A stretch of 64,000 nucleotides of DNA from an uncultured Oleispira sp. (lineage in GTDB: Bacteria > Pseudomonadota > Gammaproteobacteria > Pseudomonadales > Oceanobacteraceae). The notes under the pieces are model-generated. The model saw only the letters and a program-made list of their open reading frames with translations. It had not been told where the DNA came from and did no database searches. Positions 1 to 9,765 of the stretch are shown piece after piece. The DNA lies in contig CAXIBC010000005.1 of the NCBI GenBank assembly GCA_964022115.1, forward strand, positions 686 through 64,685, in the 5' to 3' direction. Each line of letters opens with the position of its first letter. Within the stretch, counting starts at the first letter, position 1. A program made the translations under genes and the position numbers.

Positions 1-372
1 CGGGTCCCAGACGCAAAAAATATTCTGGCTGCGGCGTATCTTCTCTAGCTGTGCTGCTAACCAGCTCAGTGTATCTGGGGTCGGCAATAAGCCAACTTTT
101 ATCGCTTTGGGTGCTAAGTCTTGCGCTAATGCTTGCCATTGAGCGCTTAAGTCTAAGGTCGAGAGAGGCAGGATTTTTTCAACCGCGAGACTGTTTTGTG
201 CGGTAATTGCCGTGATTACCGTACAGCCGTGGCACATCAAGCTATGAATGGTCTTTAAATCGGCTTGAATGCCTGCGCCACCGCCGGAATCTGAGGCCGC
301 GATACTCCAGACGATAGGGCGGCTATTATTGGTGCTGTTATTCGTGCATTGCTGAGTCTGAGTATCTTGCAT
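1..372 (-). CDS. thiD: Hydroxymethylpyrimidine/phosphomethylpyrimidine kinase ThiD, N-terminal part (the 3' end lies beyond the window edge; may be a ThiD-ThiE fusion)
   Basis: My own minus-strand translation from the ATG at 372-370 reads [61 protein letters not shown]... The SDSGGGAGIQADLKT stretch is the ThiD-family signature. ATGA start/stop overlap with thiG. Absent from the ORF track because the window edge truncates it. Confidence 0.85.
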   Translation of the reverse strand, partial: MQDTQTQQCTNNSTNNSRPIVWSIAASDSGGGAGIQADLKTIHSLMCHGCTVITAITAQNSLAVEKILPLSTLDLSAQWQALAQDLAPKAIKVGLLPTPDTLSWLAAQLEKIRRSQNIFCVWDP

Positions 373-1220
373 CATGCTTGCTGCCAAAACGGAGTGCCTA
401 GAGTCGGGGTTGATGGGCTTGCGGTTTGGCGGCTTTCCATTAATCCGGCTAAAAACCCTTGTCGTCCTCCCTTCACTGCTTGGGCAAAAGCACGTGCCAT
501 GAGTATGGGGTTGTGAGCTTTGGCAATGGCGGTATTTAATAAGATACCATCAAAGCCCATTTCCATGGCGGCCATGGCTTGAGAGGGTTTGCCTATACCG
601 GCATCAATAATAAGGCTGGTAGTAGGGAAACGTTCTCGGATGGCATATAGGTTATAAGGATTCATTAAACCTTTGCCTGTGCCAATAGGTGAGCCCCAAG
701 GCATCAGTACCTGGCAGCCGACGTCTAATAAACGCCGACATAAAACGAGATCGTCGGTGCAATAAGGCAAAACCTTAAACCCTTTTTTAATCAAAATCTC
801 AGCCGCTTTGACGGTCTCAAAGGGATCGGGCTGCAGGTTGTAGTCATCGCCAATAACTTCGAGCTTGATAAAATCGGTATTGAACAATTCTTGGCTCATG
901 TGTGCCAGAGTGATGGCTTCTTGAGCGCTATGACAGCCCGCAGTATTAGGCAATAATGCGCAGCCACTTTGCTCTATGTGCTGCCAAATAGACTGTCCCT
1001 GATTATTGCTTGGATCTTGACGGCGCAAGGAAAGGGTAATCATTCCACTGCCTGAGGCACTGATGGCTTGAGCCATGATATCCGGTGAAGGGTATAAGGC
1101 GGTGCCGACGAGCAAGCGCGAACTAAATTTTTGATCGTAGAGTATTAACCCATCGTTGACTGAATCGTTAACTGAATCGTTGACTGAATCGTTAACTGAA
1201 TCGTTATTATTGGCTACCAT
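372..1220 (-). CDS. thiG: Thiazole synthase ThiG, with an unusual N-terminal (DSVN)x4 repeat
   Basis: 282-aa [25 protein letters not shown] and [11 protein letters not shown] match conserved ThiG blocks. It follows thiS directly, and a GGGAGG RBS sits 6 nt upstream of the ATG at 1220. Confidence 0.93.
   Translation of the reverse strand: MVANNNDSVNDSVNDSVNDSVNDGLILYDQKFSSRLLVGTALYPSPDIMAQAISASGSGMITLSLRRQDPSNNQGQSIWQHIEQSGCALLPNTAGCHSAQEAITLAHMSQELFNTDFIKLEVIGDDYNLQPDPFETVKAAEILIKKGFKVLPYCTDDLVLCRRLLDVGCQVLMPWGSPIGTGKGLMNPYNLYAIRERFPTTSLIIDAGIGKPSQAMAAMEMGFDGILLNTAIAKAHNPILMARAFAQAVKGGRQGFLAGLMESRQTASPSTPTLGTPFWQQA
1152..1205 (-). repeat. In-frame 12-nt tandem repeat (about 4.5 copies of tgaatcgtt[a/g]ac on the + strand) encoding [18 protein letters not shown] at the ThiG N-terminus
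   Basis: Read directly from the sequence at 1152-1205. The period is 12 nt, with a single a/g alternation between copies. Confidence 0.95.
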
Positions 1221-1222
1221 GG

Positions 1223-1453
1223 TTAGCCTCCCGACATAGGTGCTAAAAGTTCTAGGTCATCACCTGCTTGCAATGCTGTACAGGCGTATTGAGTACGGGG
1301 AATAAAATGCTGATTTAACGCGATGGCATAATGGTCTGGGGTTAACAGGCTTGCCGCGCTATTATTGAACCAAGATTCAAGCGCTTCTTGAATCGTGCTT
1401 TGATCGTTAATTACAAAGTGTTTGCCATTAATACGTATGTGAATCTGGGTCAT
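1223..1453 (-). CDS. thiS: Sulfur-carrier protein ThiS
   Basis: 76 aa ending in ...MSGG (C-terminal Gly-Gly of the ThiS/MoaD fold). It lies between thiO and thiG, with a 4-nt overlap with thiO. Confidence 0.9.
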   Translation of the reverse strand: MTQIHIRINGKHFVINDQSTIQEALESWFNNSAASLLTPDHYAIALNQHFIPRTQYACTALQAGDDLELLAPMSGG

Positions 1454-2550
1454 AAAAAGGCCTTCTGCAGGGCTTGTTCGATTAGGGCAGGAGCAATAAG
1501 GTAGCCGTGTCGATATAAACCATTGATACTAATAATGGCTTGATTCTGGTTCGATAGGCTGCCTGTTATTTTCGGTAAATTATCAAGGTACGCGGGTCGT
1601 AGATTGCAATCTTGGGCTAGGATTCGGGCTTCAGCAAAAGCGGGGTTAATGGCGTATAAGGCCGACATCAGCTCCATCGAAGAGCGTAGGCTAATAGCTG
1701 ATGTATCTTCGCTCTCAATCTCAGTAGCGCCAATGATAAAGCGATGGTTCGGTTTGGGCACAATGTAGAGTTTATAGCGTGGGTGCATTAAACGAATCGG
1801 ACGAGTGAGGGTGATCTCTTTACTTTCGAGGTGAATGACTTCCCCACGAACCCCTCGCAAACCGTTTTGATTGATGCTTTTACTGCCTAGTCCACGGCAA
1901 TCAAAAATCAGATTGAAACTTGCTAATACTGGGTCGTTAACATTGACTGGCTGATGTTGATGGAAGTTAATGCCTAGGGCTTGTCCTTGTTCAACCAGTT
2001 GCTCCAATACTGGGTGGTGATCAATGTGGGCTTCATCTTTAAGCCATAACCCTCGTTGAAAGTGCGTACCAATATCGGCTTCTAAGGCTTTCAACTGTTG
2101 CTGACCTTGGATGATATGGTAGTACTGGTTGTGGTTTGGGCTTGTAGCCAGCTGCGCTAGCTTATAATCTAAGTCTCGTTGAAATTGATGCAGTTCGGCT
2201 TGATCATTTACATGAGCCAAAACTAAGCTACCTTGCTGGTGGAAGTATTGTGGGCAGCCGAGTTGCCCTAACCAGAGTGGCCAGAGTTCCAGTGATTTTT
2301 TTCCTAGCTGATAAATTTCCGCTTCGCTGGATACCAGTTCACTCAGTGGTGAGATCATGGCGGCGGCGGTAAATGCAGCGGCTTTATCCGTTTGGCTTAG
2401 GCTTGGGTATAGGCTGCCTTTCTCGAATACGTGGATGTGTTTGGCTTTAGTTATACCGTTATCCTGAGCAAGACGCCACGCGAGCAAGCGGCCAACTAGG
2501 CCGCCTCCTAGAATGGCAACTTTTTGGCGAGCGCCAGTAGGGTCAGTCAT
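1450..2550 (-). CDS. thiO: Glycine oxidase ThiO (FAD-dependent)
   Basis: N-terminal dinucleotide-binding motif KVAILGGGLVGRLLA, DAO-family length, thi operon context. I trimmed the start to M44 of the track ORF (ATG at 2550) because the longer version overlaps the 3' end of thiC and has a non-homologous basic N-terminus. Confidence 0.85.
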   Translation of the reverse strand: MTDPTGARQKVAILGGGLVGRLLAWRLAQDNGITKAKHIHVFEKGSLYPSLSQTDKAAAFTAAAMISPLSELVSSEAEIYQLGKKSLELWPLWLGQLGCPQYFHQQGSLVLAHVNDQAELHQFQRDLDYKLAQLATSPNHNQYYHIIQGQQQLKALEADIGTHFQRGLWLKDEAHIDHHPVLEQLVEQGQALGINFHQHQPVNVNDPVLASFNLIFDCRGLGSKSINQNGLRGVRGEVIHLESKEITLTRPIRLMHPRYKLYIVPKPNHRFIIGATEIESEDTSAISLRSSMELMSALYAINPAFAEARILAQDCNLRPAYLDNLPKITGSLSNQNQAIISINGLYRHGYLIAPALIEQALQKAFL

Positions 2551-2554
2551 CTGC

Positions 2555-4489
<1,935 letters not shown>

Positions 4490-4685
4490 CTACTATTTAG
4501 GATAAAATACATTGATCTGTCTAACTTGAATTCTGACGGTAGGGCTGACTTAGCACAGGGTTATTTAATACCTATAAGCGTATTAAAAGGCTTTAGCAGC
4601 TATGAAAGGGCTCACTGCAATAAGGCTTAATGAAGACCAAGGTCGGTATTCATTAGCGGGTCTGCTTACAGTAGCTATCTTTCAT

Positions 4686-4773
4686 CTTGTTTCCTACGCT
4701 GGTATTAACCAGATCAGGTTCAACGGGATCCACCTTGGTGATCTCAGCCTCTAATTTGAGGCACCCCGACAAG
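4686..4773 (-). promoter_or_regulatory. TPP (THI-box) riboswitch aptamer in the thiC leader
   Basis: The minus strand reads cttgtcGGGGTGCctcaaattagaGGCTGAGAtcaccaaggtggatCCCgttgAACCTGATCTGGTTAATACCAGCGTAGGAAacaag. It contains the GGGGUGC, CUGAGA and ACCUGAUCUGG.UAAUACCAGCG blocks and a closing P1 helix (cttgt/acaag). Confidence 0.92.
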
Positions 4774-4939
4774 ACAATTATTATTAACTAAGGGATTCTT
4801 CACTTGGTTAATGTGCGTAGTGTATGATGAAGTCTATTCTTGGACAACGACTTTAAGTAGTTGATTATATTAAATTCACCTTTAGTGGGGTTAATTGCTA
4901 TAGTTATAACAACCTTTATTTGTAGTATGGAGTTAGAGC

Positions 4940-6577
4940 ATGGATGAAATCGTCAATCTATTACCTGATCGCATTCCGGTGCTGGTTGTGGATGATGATG
5001 AAACCGTAATACAAGTGACGCGTTTGGTCTTATCGCGTTTTCGTTTTGATAATCATGCCTTAGAGTTAATCTGTGCCAGTTCTGGCCAAGAAGCCATTGA
5101 AATACTCGCTAAACGTCATGATATTGCTATCGTCTTACTCGATGTGGTGATGGAGTCGGACGATAGTGGTTTTGAGGTGGTTAGCTATATTCGTAACCAA
5201 CTGCATAACTACATTACCCGCATTTTATTACGCACGGGTCAGCCAGGATTAGCCCCAGAACGACAAGTTATTCATGATTATGATATTAATGATTACATCG
5301 CTAAAACCGAAGCGACTACCGACCGCTTAAATCTTTCGATAACCAATGCGTTACGCTCTTATCGCGATATTTTGCGCGCTGAATACCTCACTCATCGAGT
5401 CGTCAGTGCCGAGCTAGAGCAACAGCAAGCGCTACAAGCCTCTCAGGCTAAGTCTGCTTTTCTAGCACACATGAGTCACGAAATTAGAACGCCCTTAAAC
5501 GGAATTATCGGTATGGCCGATATCTTAGCTGATACTGAATTGAGCGAAGAGCAGCAAGGGTATTTGACCGATATTCATAATTCTGGCCGTGCCTTATTAG
5601 GGATTGTGAATGATGTATTGGATTTATCCAAAATCGAGGCGGGCAAGCTAGAGCTAGACCCTAGGTCGTTCAAACTATTGGATATGATTGCTGAAATTAA
5701 TTCAATGTTTCATGCGCCGATGAAACATAAATCGATCCAATACTCTCAAACCATTTCTGCCGCCGTACCTGAGAACCTATATGCCGATAGTCTGCGGTTA
5801 CAGCAATTGATTATGAACTTGTTAGGGAATGCACTTAAATTCACCCAAAATGGGGGTGAAATAGGTTTGAAAATAGATGTTATTGATATGCCGCAAGCTA
5901 CTGAGGAAGCGGATAGTGACGACCTTGCTTTAAATATCACGGTGACCGATACGGGGATAGGGATTGATCAATCGCGTTTGGCAAAAATCTTTGATGCTTA
6001 TCAGCAGGCAGAGTCTCATACATCACGTATTTATGGTGGCACGGGATTAGGCTTATCCCTTTGTCGTCAGATCGCTCAGCTTATGGGGGGGGATATAGAG
6101 GTTGAAAGTCGATTGGAAACAGGCTCTGTATTTAGCGCACGTATTATGGTTAAGCAAAGTGATGGTCGTAAGGGCTCGCTGGGTGATGTGGGATTTGCGA
6201 GACGCTCTTTTAGTGGTATGAAGGTTCTAGTCGCTGAGGATAACGCAACCAATCGCAAGGTTATTTCAATGCTATTGAAGAAGTTAAAAGTAGATGTTGT
6301 GATTGTCGATGATGGTCAGCAGTTATTGGAATGTATCGATAGTATTGATCCTGACTTAGTATTAATGGATTGTCACATGCCTATTATGGATGGATTTGAA
6401 GCGACTAAAGCATTGCGTCAACGTGGCAATACGGTTCCTATCTTTGCTTTAACCGCGGGTGTGAGTACTGAAGAGCGTATTGAGTGTGCTAATATTGGCA
6501 TGAATGAGGTGCTTACTAAACCCGTTACCTTGCAGTCTTTAAAGAATGCGCTGCAACAAATTGACGCCAAGGGTTAG
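4940..6577 (+). CDS. Cytoplasmic hybrid sensor histidine kinase (REC-HisKA-HATPase-REC)
   Basis: H-box HMSHEIRTPLNGIIG, N-box LLGNALKFT, G-boxes DTGIGID and GGTGLGLS. Receiver domains at both ends (VLVVDDDE...LLDVVM...YIAKT and VLVAEDN...LMDCHMP...LTKP). No hydrophobic TM segments. Confidence 0.9.
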   Translation: MDEIVNLLPDRIPVLVVDDDETVIQVTRLVLSRFRFDNHALELICASSGQEAIEILAKRHDIAIVLLDVVMESDDSGFEVVSYIRNQLHNYITRILLRTGQPGLAPERQVIHDYDINDYIAKTEATTDRLNLSITNALRSYRDILRAEYLTHRVVSAELEQQQALQASQAKSAFLAHMSHEIRTPLNGIIGMADILADTELSEEQQGYLTDIHNSGRALLGIVNDVLDLSKIEAGKLELDPRSFKLLDMIAEINSMFHAPMKHKSIQYSQTISAAVPENLYADSLRLQQLIMNLLGNALKFTQNGGEIGLKIDVIDMPQATEEADSDDLALNITVTDTGIGIDQSRLAKIFDAYQQAESHTSRIYGGTGLGLSLCRQIAQLMGGDIEVESRLETGSVFSARIMVKQSDGRKGSLGDVGFARRSFSGMKVLVAEDNATNRKVISMLLKKLKVDVVIVDDGQQLLECIDSIDPDLVLMDCHMPIMDGFEATKALRQRGNTVPIFALTAGVSTEERIECANIGMNEVLTKPVTLQSLKNALQQIDAKG

Positions 6578-6603
6578 TGAGTCCTTTATCTGCTTTCTAG
6601 ATG

Positions 6604-6640
6604 AAGCAGCCTATTAGGCTAGTCCCTAGGGCTGCTTTTA
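6604..6640. terminator. Possible hairpin terminator between the convergent kinase and Lon-like genes
   Basis: aagcagcc (6604-6611) pairs with ggctgctt (6630-6637), followed by ttta. The 18-nt loop is long, and the hairpin overlaps the last codons of the minus-strand ORF. Confidence 0.35.
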
Positions 6641-9027
6641 TCGTTATTAGAAACGTCGGCGATTTGCTTAAGTCGATTAATAACTTCGTAATTAATGCTG
6701 CCTTTGGTGAAATAATGATTTTTGCATTCTTCTCCTACTTCTCTATCCATTAATAATACCAAAGCTTCTTCAACTTGCTTGATGCCATATATCGAGAAGT
6801 TACCGGCCTCTACGGCATCAACGACTTCTTGTTTAAGGGCTAGATTGCGAATATTAGCATAGGGGATAATAACCCCATGTTCGCCGTTTAAGCCCCGCGC
6901 TTTACAGAGGCGGAAGAAGCCTTCAATTTTTTCATTAACCCCACCAATCGCTTGCACCTCGCCGTATTGGTTGATCGATCCGGTAATCGCAAAGGTTTGC
7001 TTTAGGGGTTGGTGTATGAGTGCGGAAATTAGGCAGCAAAGCTCCCCGAGTGACGCGCTATCTCCATCGACGTAACCATACGATTGCTCCATCGCTAAGT
7101 TGGCTGAAATCGCTAATGGAAAGTCTTGGGCGTATTTGTGCCCAAGGTAGCCTGAGAGGATCATGATGCCTTTCGAGTGTATGGCTTGGCCTAGGTTGGC
7201 TTCACGTTCGATATCCACAATGCCACGAGTGCCAGGGTATACCGTCGCACTGATGCGAGCAGGTGTGCCAAAGCTGGTATCGCCTATAGTCATAACCGTT
7301 AAACCATTAACCTTACCAATGGCTTCACCTTCCGACTCAATTAGGATGACATTATCCAGCATCTGCTGGTGGATGCGGTCGTAGATTCTGCCGGTGCGCT
7401 CTTCCTTGGCGAGTAGTGCTTGATTGATATGCTGCTCTGTTATTAAGCGGCTGCTATCTTGTTTGCGTAAAAACTCTGCTTCGGCTAATAATTCAAATAG
7501 ATCGCCTATACGCGCGGTTAGGTAGTGCTGGTCTTCTGCTAAGCGTGAGCTGTGCTCTACTAAGCGGGCAATGCCGGTATCGCTCAGGTCGCCATAGTCT
7601 TGTTCATCTATTCGGCTTTTTAGTAAGCGAGAGAAGGCATGGATGTGCTCACTGGTGCGAGGGATCTCACTATCAAAATCCACTAGGGTTCTGAATAGTT
7701 CATTAAAATCTTCGTCGTATTCTTGCAGTAAGTAATAGACATTGCGTGAGCCAATTAAAACCAGCTTGATATTGAGTGGGATCACTCCCGGTAATAACGT
7801 CGTCGTAGAAACCAGACCGAGTTCGGAGTAGGGGGACTCCATTTTAAGTTGCTGGGACTTTATTGCACGCTTGAGTGCGTCCCAAACCATAGGTTCTGCT
7901 AGTAATTTTTCAGCATCTAGTATGAGGTAGCCACCATTGGCTTTGTGTAAAGCCCCTGGGCTAATTTTACGATAGTTGGTGGTTAAAGCGCCTTGATCAC
8001 TGGAAAACTCAATGCGTCCAAAAAGATTGCCGTAACTGGGGTGGGGTTCATAGATTACCGGAGCACCTTCGCTATCATCATGGCAGACGGCAATGTTAGG
8101 CTGCAAGGTCTCTTCTAGGATGGTGCGCTTAACATATTCATCACGATTTTCAGAGATACGTTCATCCAGTAATTCTTCCAAAATGATCTTTGGTAGATGT
8201 TCACGCATGGTGGCTAAGAATTTTAATACCGTTGGAAAATCTTGATAGCTTTCTTCAATCGGCTCTAATAGCGGGGTTAGCGCTTCGTTGATGGTATCTT
8301 GATTTAACGAGCGTAATTCGTTGGTGGATTCACGCTTCCATTGTGGCAGCTCTGATAAGGCTTCATTTAAATATTGCTCTAATATTGCAATGTTTTGATG
8401 AAAGGCTTCACGTTCGGGTTCTGCCAGTTGGGCGAACTCAGATTCATCCAGTGCTTTACCTTCTTTCAGTGGCGTAAAACTGATGGCGGAAGAATCTCTG
8501 TAGACGGCGGTATTGGCTTTTAGTGCTTCTTTTTCGACCAGTTCTAGCGCTTTATCGTATTTGCGATTAAAAGCATGGTCTATGGTCGACTTTTGTTGTT
8601 GGTAGCTGGGGTGTTCAAAAACCGCCGGAAAGGTCGCTAATAAGTTGTTAATGAGCTCATCGAGAATGGCCTTGAACGCGTTGGCCTTGGTGGGTGGCAG
8701 CTCTAATACCTTTGGCTCTCTGGGGTTGGCGAAGTGGTTGACGTAGCACCAGTCACTAGGGGCTTGCTGTTGCGCGGCTTGTGCTTTCAGATATTTGCGT
8801 ATGTAAGAGGAGCGGCCAGTGCCGCTATCCCCCATGGCATAAATATTGTAGCCTGGGCGGTCCATGGCAATGCCAAAGCGAATGGCATTTTCAGCGCGTT
8901 CTTGTCCTAAAACACCATTGAAGGGTTGCAGCTCAGCAGAGCTTTTAAAAGCGAGTTTGCCTGAGTCTATGCGGGTTGAAACTTGATCTGCGGTTAACGA
9001 GCTTGGTTTGTTACCAGCTGTGGGCAT
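6619..9027 (-). CDS. Lon-like ATP-dependent protease (AAA+ domain plus Lon C-terminal Ser-Lys protease domain; YcbZ/LonH-like)
   Basis: 802 aa. Walker A GDSGTGRSS. C-terminal Lon protease signature DGDSASLGELCCLISAL, with the catalytic-Lys region TGSINQYGEVQAIGGVNEKIEGFF. Confidence 0.85.
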   Translation of the reverse strand: MPTAGNKPSSLTADQVSTRIDSGKLAFKSSAELQPFNGVLGQERAENAIRFGIAMDRPGYNIYAMGDSGTGRSSYIRKYLKAQAAQQQAPSDWCYVNHFANPREPKVLELPPTKANAFKAILDELINNLLATFPAVFEHPSYQQQKSTIDHAFNRKYDKALELVEKEALKANTAVYRDSSAISFTPLKEGKALDESEFAQLAEPEREAFHQNIAILEQYLNEALSELPQWKRESTNELRSLNQDTINEALTPLLEPIEESYQDFPTVLKFLATMREHLPKIILEELLDERISENRDEYVKRTILEETLQPNIAVCHDDSEGAPVIYEPHPSYGNLFGRIEFSSDQGALTTNYRKISPGALHKANGGYLILDAEKLLAEPMVWDALKRAIKSQQLKMESPYSELGLVSTTTLLPGVIPLNIKLVLIGSRNVYYLLQEYDEDFNELFRTLVDFDSEIPRTSEHIHAFSRLLKSRIDEQDYGDLSDTGIARLVEHSSRLAEDQHYLTARIGDLFELLAEAEFLRKQDSSRLITEQHINQALLAKEERTGRIYDRIHQQMLDNVILIESEGEAIGKVNGLTVMTIGDTSFGTPARISATVYPGTRGIVDIEREANLGQAIHSKGIMILSGYLGHKYAQDFPLAISANLAMEQSYGYVDGDSASLGELCCLISALIHQPLKQTFAITGSINQYGEVQAIGGVNEKIEGFFRLCKARGLNGEHGVIIPYANIRNLALKQEVVDAVEAGNFSIYGIKQVEEALVLLMDREVGEECKNHYFTKGSINYEVINRLKQIADVSNNDKSSPRD

Positions 9028-9175
9028 GAAGATTCCTTATCTTGTGCATATTCAAAATGATCTATCTTCTAAGTTAGGGCTACGCGGGTCTTTTGGCAAG
9101 AGAGAATCGTGATTGTGTATTGCTTTTTTTGTCCTTATTCGGATAATGGCCGGCTCACAAGTATTTATTGCCACT

Positions 9176-9445
9176 ATGTCTATTCAAACCGAAGATCGAA
9201 CAACGATCGATATGTTTTCGCGCCCTGAGCGTGGAAGACCTAAAACCAGTCCTTATGATCGCAGTACTCAATTGAAGCTGAGTAAGCGTTTGCAGCGCAA
9301 TCGTGATAAGCATAAAGGCATGCGCCGAGTAGAAGTAAAGTTGAATGCCGACGTGGTAGAAGTATTAGACAATCTTGCAGCTGAGCTAGGCCTTTCTCGT
9401 GCGGAAGTGATCGAAAATGGCTTAATGCGCCTGCTGGAAAATTAA
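9176..9445 (+). CDS. ybfE: YbfE-like small ribbon-helix-helix (CopG-family) protein ('LexA-regulated protein' family)
   Basis: From M22 of the track ORF: MSIQTEDRTTIDMFSRPERGRPKTSPYDRSTQLKLSKRLQRNRDKHKGMRRVEVKLNADVVEVLDNLAAELGLSRAEVIE... It aligns by eye along its whole length with my recollection of E. coli YbfE (DRTT.D.F...RGRPKT.P......L...KR.Q..RDK..G..RVE.KLNA). Confidence 0.7.
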   Translation: MSIQTEDRTTIDMFSRPERGRPKTSPYDRSTQLKLSKRLQRNRDKHKGMRRVEVKLNADVVEVLDNLAAELGLSRAEVIENGLMRLLEN

Positions 9446-9482
9446 GGGGTTTTATTAAAATACTCTAAGTTGTTAATTTGGC

Positions 9483-9510
9483 TTGCTTTTTTTATTCTGA
9501 TGAGGATAAT
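9483..9510 (+). promoter_or_regulatory. Candidate sigma70 promoter for ffs
   Basis: TTGCTT (9483-9488), 16-nt spacer, GATAAT (9505-9510). This would give a leader of about 30 nt ahead of the mature 4.5S RNA, comparable to the RNase P-processed leader in E. coli. Confidence 0.4.
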
Positions 9511-9550
9511 AGCGGCCAGCATTTAAGCATCGCTTAAATTGCAGCTTTAT

Positions 9551-9662
9551 GGTGGCCCTTATCGGTCCCTTCGCAACGAGAAACCGCAAACCCCGCCAGG
9601 CCCGGAAGGGAGCAACGGTAGTGGTGGATTCGTGTGCCGAGGTGTGGCTGGTAGGGGTCATC
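9551..9662 (+). ncRNA. ffs: Signal recognition particle 4.5S RNA
   Basis: ...CCCGCCAGGCCCGGAAGGGAGCAACGG...GTGTGCCGAGGTGTGGCTGGTAGGGG... matches the conserved domain IV of E. coli 4.5S RNA (CAGGUCCGGAAGGAAGCAGCC ... GUGUGCCGGGAUGUAGCUGGCAGGG). The terminal helix pairs 9551-9560 with 9653-9662. ffs upstream of dnaX is the usual gammaproteobacterial position. The ends are approximate. Confidence 0.9.
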
Positions 9663-9765
9663 TCCAATCTCTATTTCGTAAATTCTCCTAGTTTTAATTG
9701 TTTCTGACTTTCGTCTCATTTCCCGCTATGATAACCAGTATGATCATATATTTGACGGATTTTTC

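Noticed and set aside
6619-9027. The Lon-like protease as a BREX BrxL-type or other phage-defence component
   Set aside because: I saw no methyltransferase, PglZ, BrxA/B/C or other defence genes nearby. The neighbours are housekeeping genes (ffs, dnaX) and a two-component kinase. The architecture matches the stand-alone YcbZ/LonH-type protease.
9028-9175. A LexA (SOS) box upstream of the YbfE-like 'LexA-regulated protein' gene
   Set aside because: I scanned the intergenic region for CTGT-N8-ACAG and found no match, so SOS regulation cannot be claimed from this sequence.
9473-9719. Two minus-strand ORFs (64 and 61 aa) between the ybfE-like gene and dnaX
   Set aside because: They overlap the clearly recognisable 4.5S/SRP RNA on the plus strand. 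Their openness is a by-product of the GC-rich structured RNA.
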